Shown one piece after another: positions 12,656 through 26,197 of a stretch of 64,000 bases of DNA. The stretch comes from Octopus sinensis (taxonomy: Eukaryota). Every line of letters begins with the position of its first letter. The stretch's first letter is position 1. Under the pieces are notes generated by a model. The model was not told the origin of the DNA. It saw nothing but the letters and a program-made list of their open reading frames with translations, and did no database searches. The translations under genes were made by a program, and so were the position numbers. The DNA is taken from NCBI RefSeq assembly GCF_006345805.1, contig NC_042998.1, positions 87,978,001 to 88,042,000 of the forward strand. The letters are read 5' to 3'.

Positions 12656-13270
12656 GTATTTGTAGAGATTAAATGGATAGTGATGTTTATAACACGCTTC
12701 CTGGAAGCCTAACATTAAAAAATTTAGCAAGTAAATGAATAAATAAATCTAGTTTATACGTTTCTCTTTCCTTTAATAAACATTTAGCCCAATCTTAGTG
12801 CCTTTGTCTAATGTGTTCCTCTGAAAATATTAAGAAGCTTAGTGTACCACGATACAAAGACTTAAATGATAACTCATTGAAAAATGTTTTTCACAGAGTG
12901 GTTTTCCATAAAGAAGTTGTATATGTAAAATGAAATGAAAACTAATTTTTTTTTCAATCGGAAAGCTTTTATTAGAGTTTATTGAACATTATTGACAGAG
13001 TATTTGTTTCCTAGCAGAACTTATTTCATTTAATAGCTGTAAAAATGTATATATTTCGTTGGACTGTACGAATACATCTTCCTATACAGTTTTTCTTTCT
13101 CCTTTTATTTTTTATTTATTTTTAAAAACACAACGGGTTTTATCATTTAAAAAGATGTATTCAAAATATGTTCTATACGTCTTTTCTTCTCTTGTTAAAG
13201 ATATCGTTAACATATTTGTTCTGTGTTTATATACATGACATTCTAGAACCCCCCCCCACCAAAAAGATGA

Positions 13271-13312
<42 letters not shown>

Positions 13313-14027
13313 CCAGTACTTGTCAGTTATAGTTTGTGTTTAGAAGACGAATACACACACACACATATATATGTATGTACACACACATATATATGTATGT
13401 GTGTGAGTGTGTATGTGTATATACATATATTTAAATGTACACTTATATACATGTATATATGTATGTATACATGTGTGCGCGTGTGAGTGCATGCGTGTGT
13501 GTGTATGTGTGTGTGTGTGTGAGTGTGTGTGTGCGTGTGTATGTTCGTATTACCTATATTATTGTTAAGACCAAAATAAGTATTCTCTTAACATGTTAAC
13601 TCAAGATCTTGGAAGAAATTATTCCAAGAATTGGATCAATTATTTCCTAACAAGAATCACATTCTCATATATATGTGTGTGTATTAGTGTGTGTGTGTTA
13701 GTGTATATGTGTTAGCGTGTGTTTTAATGTGTATGTATGTGTGTGTGTATGCGTTTGTGTGAGTGCGTCTATTATTTCCTTATAAAAAAACAGCTTGACT
13801 CATCTCCATGTTACTTGAAGTTTCGTGGGGTAGCAGACACCTACGTCATGTATGTATAAGACTAAGACTAAAGCTGCCGTTGATTAGCTCCAAGAGGCCA
13901 TCGCCTCTAGCTAGCTATACGACACGTACGTACGCATACATTATGTATATATGTATGTAAATATGTATTTATGTGTACTTATGTGTGTGTATACATACAT
14001 ACATACATACATACATACATACATACA

Positions 14028-14063
<36 letters not shown>

Positions 14064-14104
14064 TATGTTCTTGTCTACTTAATAATTTATATTTTATGTT
14101 AAAT

Positions 14105-14152
<48 letters not shown>

Positions 14153-14271
14153 TATATGCATGTGTTGTTTTTATGTCTGGATGTATCTGTGTCACTGAAC
14201 GTCAGCGTGAGAAATATTTTATAGATTTTTATATGTGCCTAAACTTGTAATTCTCGTGTTTAATTTCTGTT

Positions 14272-15640
14272 TTACTCACTGCCCGAATTAAATTCGTTTC
14301 GATCTGCTCTGCAGTAAATCGAAAACAAATATCGATCATGATGAACAGTTGGTTGAAATTCATTGTTATTTGAGTCGTAGTCATAAATATTGAGTTCAGC
14401 TTCGGCTAAAGTTCTTCTCACTCGATGATCATCTTCTGAAACTATTACACCTTCATTGTTCTCTAAACGGATTTTATTACCGTTATCGTCGATGAGGTAT
14501 ATGATACATAGATTACCATATTCATCAGCTGCACTGAGAAAAAACCGACTAAACGGGAGCCGTCTCATTGCAACGAATATTTGTGAGTGACTGACAGCGA
14601 GTCGTGTGTCAACGTACGCTGATTCTCTGTAGAGCCATAAATCGCCGTCATTACCCATTGTTTGGATATTAACTCTTTCAACTGGCTTACAACAACCTGC
14701 CGGACGTCCACACATATCTGACGGCGTATTCGTGTATTTACTTTGATGTATTAGCAATGCACTTTCTCTGTAAATATCCATAGCTTTATCAGCAACCTGC
14801 TGCCTAACTGGGAAGTTGCCCATATCACACACATTTTCGAGACGTTCGTGGATGACTTCAACTGCGAAGAAAGAAAACTGGTCAATGTCACAGTCTTTGT
14901 TGACACAGTAGTTATTCTGTATCGGAGACAATGTGTTACATAAATTTGCCTCTCTTGTCATTGATATGCATGTGTTATTCACACATTGATAAAACTGAGA
15001 TGGACAAGGATTTTGAAGGTCGCATTCCAACTGAGCATCTTCATAGTCAATAAGATTCCTATAAACGATGGATTCTGCTACGGCTTCAGCATTGGACATT
15101 CCTTCAATTAAGCCAATTGGATCGTCTGCTTCAAAGTCAGTCCCTTGCAACAGAGAATGAAACAGTGGATAATCCCCTGTAATATTAATACCGTCTCTTA
15201 ACTGTTTATCTTGAAAACGCTGCCAAATATAGTCAACATAACCATGAATCAGTAAAAACGCTGGGTCGAAAGAAGCCCACGCTTGAATCGAAACAGTGCC
15301 ACCAATCCAGTCATGAATACTATTGTGATAAATCTCGAAAATGTAACGGACATGATCTGCTGTGATTTGAGAAATTTGAGCCAACGTATCCTGTGTAAAA
15401 ACCAGATTAATATCGCTGAATACTGGAAGATGAGTAAAAACTCCATAGCTTCTGAGTAAAGGGCCGAAAGCTGTTGGGAAATCTGCAAAGGGACCGTCAG
15501 TGACCAATCCTTCAGAACTACCCTGAAATGTTGAACTCCAGATTACAGATTGTCTTGGGTCGTCTAAGGCACTATCTCTGGCAACATCCCAATACGGTGC
15601 GACGACGGATGGGATCATTTCACGGAGAGCTTCTTCCCAA
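14272..15640 (-). CDS. tyr: Tyrosinase coding exon 3 (CuB site plus Cys-rich C-terminal domain, stop)
   Basis: Part of ORF 14272..15681. Acceptor cttctttttcAG|T TGG GAA GAA (AG at 15642-15641), phase 2. Motifs [14 protein letters not shown] and DPAF..H..VD..W. TAA at 14274-14272. Confidence 0.95.
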
Positions 15641-18600
15641 CTGAAAAAGAAGCATGAAAAATATATAAACACACACGTCATTCAAATTGTAAAATATTCT
15701 ATTATTAATAATGTTTCAAACTATTCCTTCTTTAAAAAATGTCTTCCTTAAGCAAACCACAAGGTGTAAATCTAGAAGTTGCATTATATACATACACTGA
15801 ATATATAAAAATATTTACTTGCTATATAATTGGTCAAGAAAATTATCATTATTATTGTTATCATTATTATTGTTATTATTATTGTTATTATCAGTCAAAA
15901 TTAAAAGAAGAGTGCCATTGTTATCTAGTGAACGATATTTCGACATCTTGTGTGTCTTCAACGGGTTCAAAAAATGAAGTATATTATTATTATTATTATT
16001 ATTCAGTAGTTTTATTTTTATAGCGTGCTTTCACTTCACTACCGATAGCAGCTCTGTGTGCCATAGGTATGTGCTGTGATTTGTTGTGATGCTCTGACGG
16101 TTATTGTATGGAAAATGTTTTGCGTAGGATGTGTGCAGTGCCTAGTAGTGCAATTTTCTGTATGTTATATGTGTTTGTAAGTCCAGGTGTTTTTGTTATG
16201 TATTTGTCTGAATATTTTTTTATCATGCCTAATGCACCTACTATGATAGGAATTGTTTCTGTTTTTAGATTCCACATTCTAGTTACCTCTATTTCCAAGT
16301 ATTTTGTATTTTGAAAGTTTCTCTATTTCTTTTAGAGACACGTTGTCATCTGCCGGTATTGATACATCAATTAGAAAGCATTTTTTTTCTTCATGATCTC
16401 TGACAACTATATCTGGTCTGTTGGCCTTAATTTCTCTATCTGTGTGTATCGGCATATCCCAGAGTATGGTTGCTTTCTCGTTTTCTGTGACCTTTTCTGG
16501 TGTGTGCCTATACCATCTTTTTTCTGTTGTTATTCCATAATGTTGGCATAGCTTCCAGTGTATGTAGCTCCCAACTCTGTCATGTCTGTGAATATATTCC
16601 TTCTTAGCCAGTTCTGGGCAGCCAGAGATAATATGATTTATTGTTTCTTGTCCATCTCCAAATATTCTGCAGTTACTTGTTATATTTCTTTTCATTACAT
16701 GTTTTTGGTAATTTCTGGTGGGGAGGCTTTGGTCTTGTGCTGCAATTAAAAATCCCTCTGTCTCTGCTTTGAGTCCTGAGCTTCTCAACCATTGCTGGGA
16801 TTTGTCTTTGTCTATTTCTTTTGCGTTTAGTTTAGTCCAGTATTTACCATGAAGGGGCTTTTCTTGCCATCGTTTTATCATGGTTCGTTGCTGTTCTATT
16901 TTTAGTTTGGATTTCATTTGTTTTATAGCTTTTTGTTATTTCTTCTTCTTCTTCTTCTTCTTCTTCTTCTTCTTCTTCTTCTTCTTCTTCTTCTTCTTCT
17001 TCTTCTTCTTCTTCTTCTTCTTCTTCTTCTTCTTCTTCTTCTTCTTCTTCATCATATTTATTAGGTGGTATGATTTCTTGTTTATATTTGTCAGCTTCCT
17101 TAAATACTGAGAACAGTTTTTTGTTTTGCTCGTGTTTTGCTGCTATTTGTATCAGTTTTCCTTCCTTCTGAAGTAGATATTTTTGCAGTTCTATGGTGGT
17201 TATTTTGTAGTAGTTTTCCAGCTGTATAAGGCCTCTACCACCTTCTATACGTTGTATATATAGTCTTTCTGTGTCAGATTTTGGGTGATGCATCCTAGAT
17301 CCTGTCACTATTTTTCTTGTTTTCCTATCTATTTTGGTCAGTTCATTTAGTGTCCAGTTAAGGATATTGTAGCTGTAACTTATAACTGGGACAGCTAAAG
17401 TGTTAATACCTATTATCTTGTTTTTAGCATTGAGCACTGTTTTTAGTATTGATCTAACTCGTCTATAATATTCTTTTTTTATTTTCTCTTTCATTTGTGT
17501 GTGCTGTGTCTTATCTAGTTCATGGATTCCTAAGTATTTGTAAGTTTGACTTTGGTCTAATTCTTTTATTTCATTGGTTTTATCTAGTGTGATGTTGCTA
17601 CTCTTAACTAGTTTTCCTCTTTTCATGGTTACTTTGGCGCATTTTTCTAATCCAAATTTCATATCTATTTCTTTGGTAAATCCATGAACTGTCTTTAATA
17701 GTGTTTCCAGCTGTTTGTCATTTGCAGCGTATAGTTTTAGGTCATCCATATATAAAAGGTGGCTGATCGTTTTGCCGTAACATTTATATCCGCATCCAGT
17801 TCTATTTAGCATATCAGATAGAGGTGACAGTGCCAAGCAGAAAATGAGTGGAGAGAGCGTGTCTCCCTGGAATATTCCTCTTCTAATGGGGATGGCTTTG
17901 GTTTTCATGAGTCCCTCTTTTGTTTGGAGGTGTAGGACTGTTTGCCATTTATTCATAGAGTGCCCTATGAATTTTATAATTGTTGGTGCTACTTTGTTAA
18001 TGGCTAGTGTTCCTAGGATCCATGTGTGGGGGATGCTATCAAACGCCTTTTTGTAGTCGATCCAGTCCATACTGAGGCCTTTCTTCTTTCTGTGGCTGTC
18101 TTCAGTAATGGCTTTATTAATCATTTGTTGATCTTTACAGCCATATGAGCCTTTACAGCATCCTTTCTGCTCTTCTGGAAACAGGTTGTTTTCGTCCAGG
18201 TGCTTGTTCAACCTTTGCGATATCACTGCAGTAAATGCCTTGTACATTGTAGGGAGACAGGTTATTGGTCTGAAGTTTTCTGGTTTTGCTGTTTCATTTG
18301 ATTTGGGAATTAAAATGGTTTTCCCCTTCGTGAGCCATTCAGGCATTGTCTCTGGCTCTGCTAGTATGTTGTTAAAATTTTCAGCCAGCTTTTTGTGCAT
18401 TCCTGTTAGATATTTCAACCAGAAGTTGGGGATCTTGTCATGTCCAGGTGCCTTCCAGTTGCTTAGTTTTTGCAGTGCCTGGGTGACCTCTTCAGTTGTT
18501 ATGGGGGTCCAAAGTTGCTCAGATGCTGAGTTTGTTGTTTTGATACTCCTTTTTTTTGGTAGTTCGTACGCCGACCGTATTTCTCTCCAGAATTCTTCCA

Positions 18601-20170
18601 CTTCTTCTGCCGTTGGTGCTGCAGTGATTTCTATTTTATTTTTGCCAAGTTCTTGGTAGAATTTTTTGGGGTTGGAGTTGAACTTTTTGTTTTGTTCAAA
18701 GAAGCGCTGGCGTTTCTCGTAACGGCGGATCCTTTGTGCTTTGGCAAGGATATCTTGCTTCAGCTTTTCTTTTATCTAAGGTAAATCTTTTTCTGTGATG
18801 TTATATTTGCGGAGTATTTTTGTTTTGTTTTTGTTGCTCAGTAGCGTTGATTGTCTGCTGATTTCATTAAGAATCGACATATCTTTTCTCATTTTTTGTA
18901 TTTTGTTTTGGATGTTATTTATCCACAGGGTTTGTTTGGATGGGTTTGAGTGAGTATCCAGCTTCTTTTGTGGCTGCAGTGGCTGCTGCGTATACTAAGT
19001 CATTTAGCTCAGTGATATCGCTTTTTGTTTCAGTGGCTATTAGTTCCGTGACGGCTAGGTTTATGCTGTTTATAATTGGTGTTGTTTCGTCTATTTTGAT
19101 TTTTGGGAGGTATGGTCGGTAGCCCATTTTGAGCTCTGTGGTTTTCAGTTCTTAGATTATTTTACTTTTTATATTATCATAATCATTAGGCTCCCCTTCG
19201 TTGTTTCCAGGTTTTAGATTTGTGTCGCTTTCTTTCTTATTTATATGTTTGTTTGCCGTGTTTTGGCTTGCTGTTTGTCATGTATTATTATGCATCCTTA
19301 CGGTCTGGGTTTGTTGTTTTTTGTTTACATCGTGTTTGTTGGGAATGTTACGTCTGTCTTCGTGTTTTACTGTTTCAGTGTTTATATTATTGGGCATTGT
19401 TGTATGGCTTCTATCTACATTTTCCAGGTGTACTTTTTCTTTTAGATGTTCTATTTCTATTTCTGATATTTTTTTGCGTTGAGAATGTGTCTTCGTACAT
19501 TAGCTAGTTTATTAGGGTTCATTACTGTATCCAAGTCCATATTTATGTTATTTTCCTTCCATATTTTATATGTATATGTTGTTGTGTTTTCATTTTATGG
19601 GTAGAGCACTGCTGTGAAGTATGCGTGTAGGATAGAAATGTATTCTTCACGTGTCCATTTGTCTTTTGGGTTTTATTTGCGGGACATGAGGAACAACGTC
19701 CGGGCCATTATTTTGACGGTCGTCATTTTCGTAGGGTACCGGTCCGTTCATTTCTGTTGTCACATTGTTTTGCACGTGTAGTTTTTTGTACATTTTGTGT
19801 TGTACGTACCTCCCGATTGTTATTCTTGGGTTGAATAATATCGGTGGTATTTAATTTCTTCGTAGTTCCTTTGTACATGGTATTTGGGGTCGGGGATGAT
19901 CTGGTGTTGATGGGTCGTAATGTTTCACGCATGTTTACATGTGTTGTGTTAGAGGTGGAGATGATAACGAGTCAAAATACATAATTTCGTTTCTAAAATA
20001 GTAATAAATTTCAACGAGTATTACTTACTCAGATACAGTCCAATCTTTTGTTTGTAAATCTTTGGCTCCATACGATGTCCTTGTTTTCGATGTTTGTGGA
20101 TAGATTTCGGAGCTCTGTTTTATCGTTCTTACATCTTAAACGTCCCCCGGTTTTTTCACGTCCCCTGGTG

Positions 20171-20243
<73 letters not shown>

Positions 20244-21486
20244 TGTTGTTGTTGTTGTTGTAATATTAAAACCCACAGCTTATTTTGCTGGGTAAGATGG
20301 AAAGTGTCAGCTTTCCACAGCCAGCAGACTAAGGTGACACTTATTTTACTGGTCATGCTTCAAGAACTCTGCGAAGAATTCTTACAGTTCCAAGCAATGC
20401 TGATTTTTGTAGGTGTTCTACCTTCACACTTGCACCGATATTTTCCAGCCATATTGGTATACTTCCAAGCGCAACAATTACTATTAGTATCACGCTTACT
20501 CTCTTCATTGACCACAACCTTCGTATTTCCCACTTTAAATCGTCATAGTTGCTTATTTTTTCTTCTTTCACATTGATCCAGTTGTCACTGGGGCATGCTA
20601 TGTCGATTATCATGCATGTTCTTTGTTTTTTATTCACCTCAACAATATCCGTTTTCCGTTTTTTATTCACCACAACAACGTCCGTTTTCCGTTGTCAGGT
20701 GATCGCACTGGATCATTGCATCACACTGGATTTTGCAGTTCTCAATTTCGGTGGCTTCTGGGTTTTGCTGATACCACGTCTTTGCTCTTTGTAAGCCGTG
20801 ATTTCCACAGAGTGACCAATTGATCATTCTTGCCACATTGTCATGGCGTCTTTTGTTTTTGCGTTGTGCTAATTTCGGGTATTCGCTAACGATGTGCCAT
20901 ACCGTTCCACCCCTCTTACCACACATTAAATTCTGCATTTGTCGCTATCGGTAGTTTTGTCTATTCTGCACTTCATATAATTGGTCCTTAACGCTTCTTC
21001 TTGAGCTGCGCATATGAGTGGTTCTGTCTCTATATTCAGGTCACTCCTCCTCATCCAGAGTCTCAGGTCTTTTACATCTGCCTTGGTGTTCACATCTCTC
21101 GCAAACTTACTGTACATTTTATTTTCCTTCCCTGCTTTTTCTTTATCTTGTTCATTTCTTGCTTAAATTTTTCTTTAGTTTCACAGTTTTCAGTATTGAT
21201 GAGACTGGCCTTCGTGTGTTTCAGCAGTGGCTCCACTGCAATTTTTATATACCACCCTAGGCTGTTTTTCTCTACTTCAATACAGTCCTGTCAACTAATC
21301 AAGCTTCTCCCATCCTTCCTTCTAGACAAGTACAGCCTATCGGTGTCACCCTTAGGATGGAAGGCTCCATGTACTGCCAACATTTTTCTAGACTTGGCAT
21401 CCACTTTTTACATTTCTCTCTTTTACCATTTTTTACCCCCCACTCCATTATTATCATTATCATTAATATTATCATTATTATTATTA

Positions 21487-21526
<40 letters not shown>

Positions 21527-21578
21527 ATTTTATTATTATTATATTATTATTATTATTATTATATTATTATTATTATTA

Positions 21579-21611
<33 letters not shown>

Positions 21612-24116
21612 CGAGTGAGGGAGCAGTGCATGACATCAAAGTGACACTAGGGCAAAATATACGAAGCTCATATACCCATCAGTGTCACTTTGATGGCATG
21701 CACTGCTCTCTTACTCAATAATAATAATAGTTATGATGCACGTGCCTGGTGCACCCTTATCAGACGGGTTGTCATGACTATTTCGTACTTAAGTAGGTTG
21801 TAGTTATCTATCTTTTCACTTTCCTTCTTGACTATTTGTGGGTCAAAGGGGCATGCAGCATCAACTATATAGCATATGTGGTGCACCTTGTCTATCACCA
21901 CTAGGTCCAGTCTCTTATGCTCTAGCACCTGATCTGTTTGAATTGGGAAATCCCAGAGGATTTTGCTAGTCTCCGACTAGTCTCAGCAGTTTGTTCTCAT
22001 ACCACCTCTTGCTTCTCTCTTTTCGCACAGTTTGTAATGTAGCACTTTCGCTACCTGGTCGTGTCACCATAACTTGTGGTTTGGGGCAAGTCTAGGGCAT
22101 TCGTTCGAGATATGGGCAGTCGTTTCGTCCACTCTATTGCAGATGCGGTACAGCAGAGACACTTGCTCATTCGTAAGTTTGACCCTCCGGTTCATGGCCA
22201 AAGTTTAGTCTTGTGCTGCCAATATAGTGCTCTCGATCTCTTTTTTTTTTAGGGTTCCTTTCATCAGCCAATCTCATCTATTTTTTCCAGCAACTTCTGT
22301 TGTGGCTACATAGAATTGATTGTGTAGTCCCTTCTTACGTAATTCTACTTCATGCCTTTTTTGTTCTTATTCCTCTGTTTTCTCTTTTTCCTCTGATCTC
22401 AATACTCCCTCGTTCCTAACTATCACTAGCAAAGTGTTCTTAATTTAGTCTAGGTATCTCATTAAGCTGTCGAGTTCGATTGGCACGCAGTCTTCCACAC
22501 TTATCGGCCTCCTTCCTCCATTTGCTCTCTTCGTGTATAGTTGATCAGTGTTTGCATGTGAATGATGGACCCCATGCATCATTAGGAGATTTCTTGACTT
22601 CCTGTTTATCTCCTTTAGCTCCACCTCTGTCCACTTCAGGATTCCAACGCTATACCGAACGACTGCGACTACGCGCGAGTTTATTGCCGAAATTATGTTT
22701 CTGGCGTTCAGCTTTGAAGCCCATATTTTTCTCACTCGCCGTGGTGTTTAATTCCATCTACCTCAAGTATTCCCAGGTATTATTACTTCATAACATAATT
22801 GTATGTTGTGAATCTGTTTAAAAAATAATTTTGTTCAACTCATTTCTGTACATATGTGTATTTTTAATTCTAGTCAGCCTTTCAGGTTCTCAACGTATTA
22901 TTCTATTCTATCTACAAAATATTCCAATTTTCACAAGATTAGCTCCCATTAGATTTATGAATATATCAATAAATATATAATAACGCTATCATATATTATA
23001 TAGGCAACATATACACTATACCCAATTCATACGCTTTATTCATTAAGAGCCGATGCAAGCTTGATGAAATTTCTTATTAAACCTTTATCGGAAAGTGCTT
23101 GGCCTAGCACTATTAAAATCGTATTTATTTCACATTGACCCTTTAAGCAGAGTCAATCAATCTCGACTTTTCATTGTAGGTGATTAGGGTTATTGCTTTC
23201 AGATAAGAATAAAATGATCATTGTGTCTTTCAAATATTTTATATCTTTTACTCAGGAATCGAACTTAGATTAAAAGCTCGGTTCCCGAGTGTCTATCTAT
23301 TCTACAATAAAAACGTCAGAAAATAAATAGATCTTTAGGAAACTTTACTTACATCATCATATACACCCTATGCCAAGGGAGAAATCCAGGACCACCATGA
23401 GCTGAATTAGTTACTTGACCGTTATGAAGATCCGCAATAATTTCAAATTTATTAGGTAAAACGCTCTAGAAAAAGAAACAGAATTAACATAGTCACACAT
23501 CCAGTGGTTAGTATCAAAAAATCAAAAGAGAAGCTCCAAACGTGTCACAGAACTTGCGATATGTCTTAAACCAGTTAAGTCTGCGACGCTATTTTCATTT
23601 CCTTTTGAGGCGATTTTCCTTCTCTTTCGTTGCTAATACCAATGGAAGCAATTACGAACACTACATCATATGATTTTTACACATAAACTTACATCCTTTT
23701 GCCTAACTAATAACTCAATATATTTACTTACTTACCAAGCGTCATGTAAATAAAATGTTTCAATTCTTGACTGAAACCACTAAACTTCAGTTTGTTACAA
23801 ATGTTCTTAGGTAAAATAAGAACTTTACAATACCTCAGAAATTGAGCCAAACAAGGCAGCTTGGACGAAATGTATTTACCGGATCAACTTTGATTCCAGC
23901 AGGTGTATGATCAAAAACATTCCGTCTGTGACATTCCGACCTTTTACTAACACTATATAACTAGGAAGGATGATGAGCTGGCAGAATCGGTAACACCTCG
24001 GAGAAAATGCTCTTCCGGAGCCTTTACGTTCTGAGTTCAAATTCCGCTGTGGTCGATTTTGTCTTTCATTAATTCCGTATCGATAAAATAACTATGGACT
24101 TACCTACTTATCATCA

Positions 24117-24193
<77 letters not shown>

Positions 24194-25954
24194 TTTCTCT
24201 TTATCACAGGTTTTGTTGGAGCTTTTGTAGTCTTACTAGCGTAGCGAGCTTACTACCTGCAGCCCACGGCATCATGTTATCGTTCTTTTCAGCTATCTAA
24301 TATTTTCCTAATTATTCTGGCCATGCAGAACATTTCTACTGAGCACTCTATTCCAGTTTCCTTTATATTCCCCTTGATGCTTCTGATATTTTTCGCAAGG
24401 ACCCAACAATAACTGACACTATCTTACCATAGTCGGATTATTTCATGCTTAAGAGGGTTGTATTATCTATCTTTTCGTCTTCCTTCTTTACTATCCGTGG
24501 GTCAAAGGGGCATGCAACATCAACTATATAGCATATGTGGTGCACCTTATCCACCACCACAAGGTTCGGTCTGTTATACTCTAGCACCTGATCTGTTTGG
24601 ATAGGGAAATCCCAGAGGATTTTGCTAGTCTCCGACTAGTCTTTGCGGTTTGTTCTCATACCACGTCTTACCTCTCTCAAGACCCCATTTTTCGCACAGT
24701 TTGTAATGTAGCACTTTCGCTACCTGATCGAATCGTGTCGCCACAACTTGTAGTGTTTGTGGGCAAGTCTAGAGCTTTCATTCGCGGTATGGGAAATGGT
24801 TTCATCCACTCTATTGTAGAAGTAGCACAGCGGAGACACTTGCTCATTCCTAAGATTGAACCTCCAGTTCGTGGCCAAAGCTTGATCTTGCGCTGCAGTA
24901 TAGTGCTCTCGGCCTCTTTTTTAGAGTTCCTTTCATCAGACAATTCCACCTATTTTTCCACCAACTTCTGTTGTGACTGCATGTCGGCCGTGAAGCTTTT
25001 GAGGTTACAGTCTAAGTCAAGTCTCTCTAGAGATTCTACGTATTAATCAACAAACTACGCAAGTAAATATTTGCGAGCAGTGAGCTGGGCTCATACTACA
25101 GAGTCGTACAACTATTCATTTGAATCGAAATGGTTTTTAAAACTGTTGGGGAGTCATCGTAGAGCAAGAAGCAGTATTTTCGGACAAGTTGTTTGGAGGT
25201 GGGATACTGAGTTCGGAAGGAATCCCAGGTAAGTCTTATGAGTTCCTTTGTGTGTAACTTCATTCAGCATAAAGACAAACTGATATTTATTAAAAGTATG
25301 TGGCTATCCCGAGGATTAGTAAATTAAATTGAAGTGTGAATAAACCAAGATGAAATTCAATTTTAAAGTAAGCTTTAATGACATCTTGCTGAAATTTAGA
25401 CGATAATTTACAAGAGTTCACAATTGTATATATGGCAACACTTGCAGAATCTCAACATATTCGATAGCAATCTTAATTACGAATGTAAGAAAACACTATT
25501 TATATATAATTATTAACGCAAGGTTAAAGATTTTTGTCATTATATTCGCGAATATGTTAGCACTAAAAGTCAGTTGTGTTATTTCTGTACATTATTTAGC
25601 AGAGTGATGTTCACGTTTGCGTCTGTAAATTCCTGATAGTATTTAACTGTCTTTCAAAGATATTTTTCATTACTCATAACTTGAAAGATTCTTTCCATTA
25701 AATTAAACTGATTGATTCAGTCATGGACAATTCTCTTATTTTCTTTATTCTTTCCATTTTGTTGCGGTGTCCACCTTTTTCATTATGTTTGGAGACTCGC
25801 TCGTTGCACATGTAATCATTTCCATTGTCTTATTTTCTTTGTTTTGTATCCCATTGTACAAAGAAATGACTCTTACAATTTCTTCCATGAGTTTATTTAA
25901 CTAATACTAGACCATATCTTTCTTACCTTTCACTCGTTTCAGACTGTATGTATA

Positions 25955-26023
<69 letters not shown>

Positions 26024-26149
26024 ATATATATATTCTTTCCTTTCCTGGGTGTCCAATAACACTATACTTGTTCCACGTCCTCGCGTTGTGTTTTCTCTTT
26101 GTATTTTCATGTTTGGATTAACTATATATACATGTGTGTGTGTGTGTGT

Positions 26150-26197
<48 letters not shown>

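Noticed and set aside
25925-25947. Possible 17-nt minus-strand microexon (cag|TCTGAAACGAGTGAAAG|gtaaga) in the tyrosinase intron
   Set aside because: The real CuA exon already bridges the phases. Including this one would frameshift the gene, and its acceptor lacks a pyrimidine tract.
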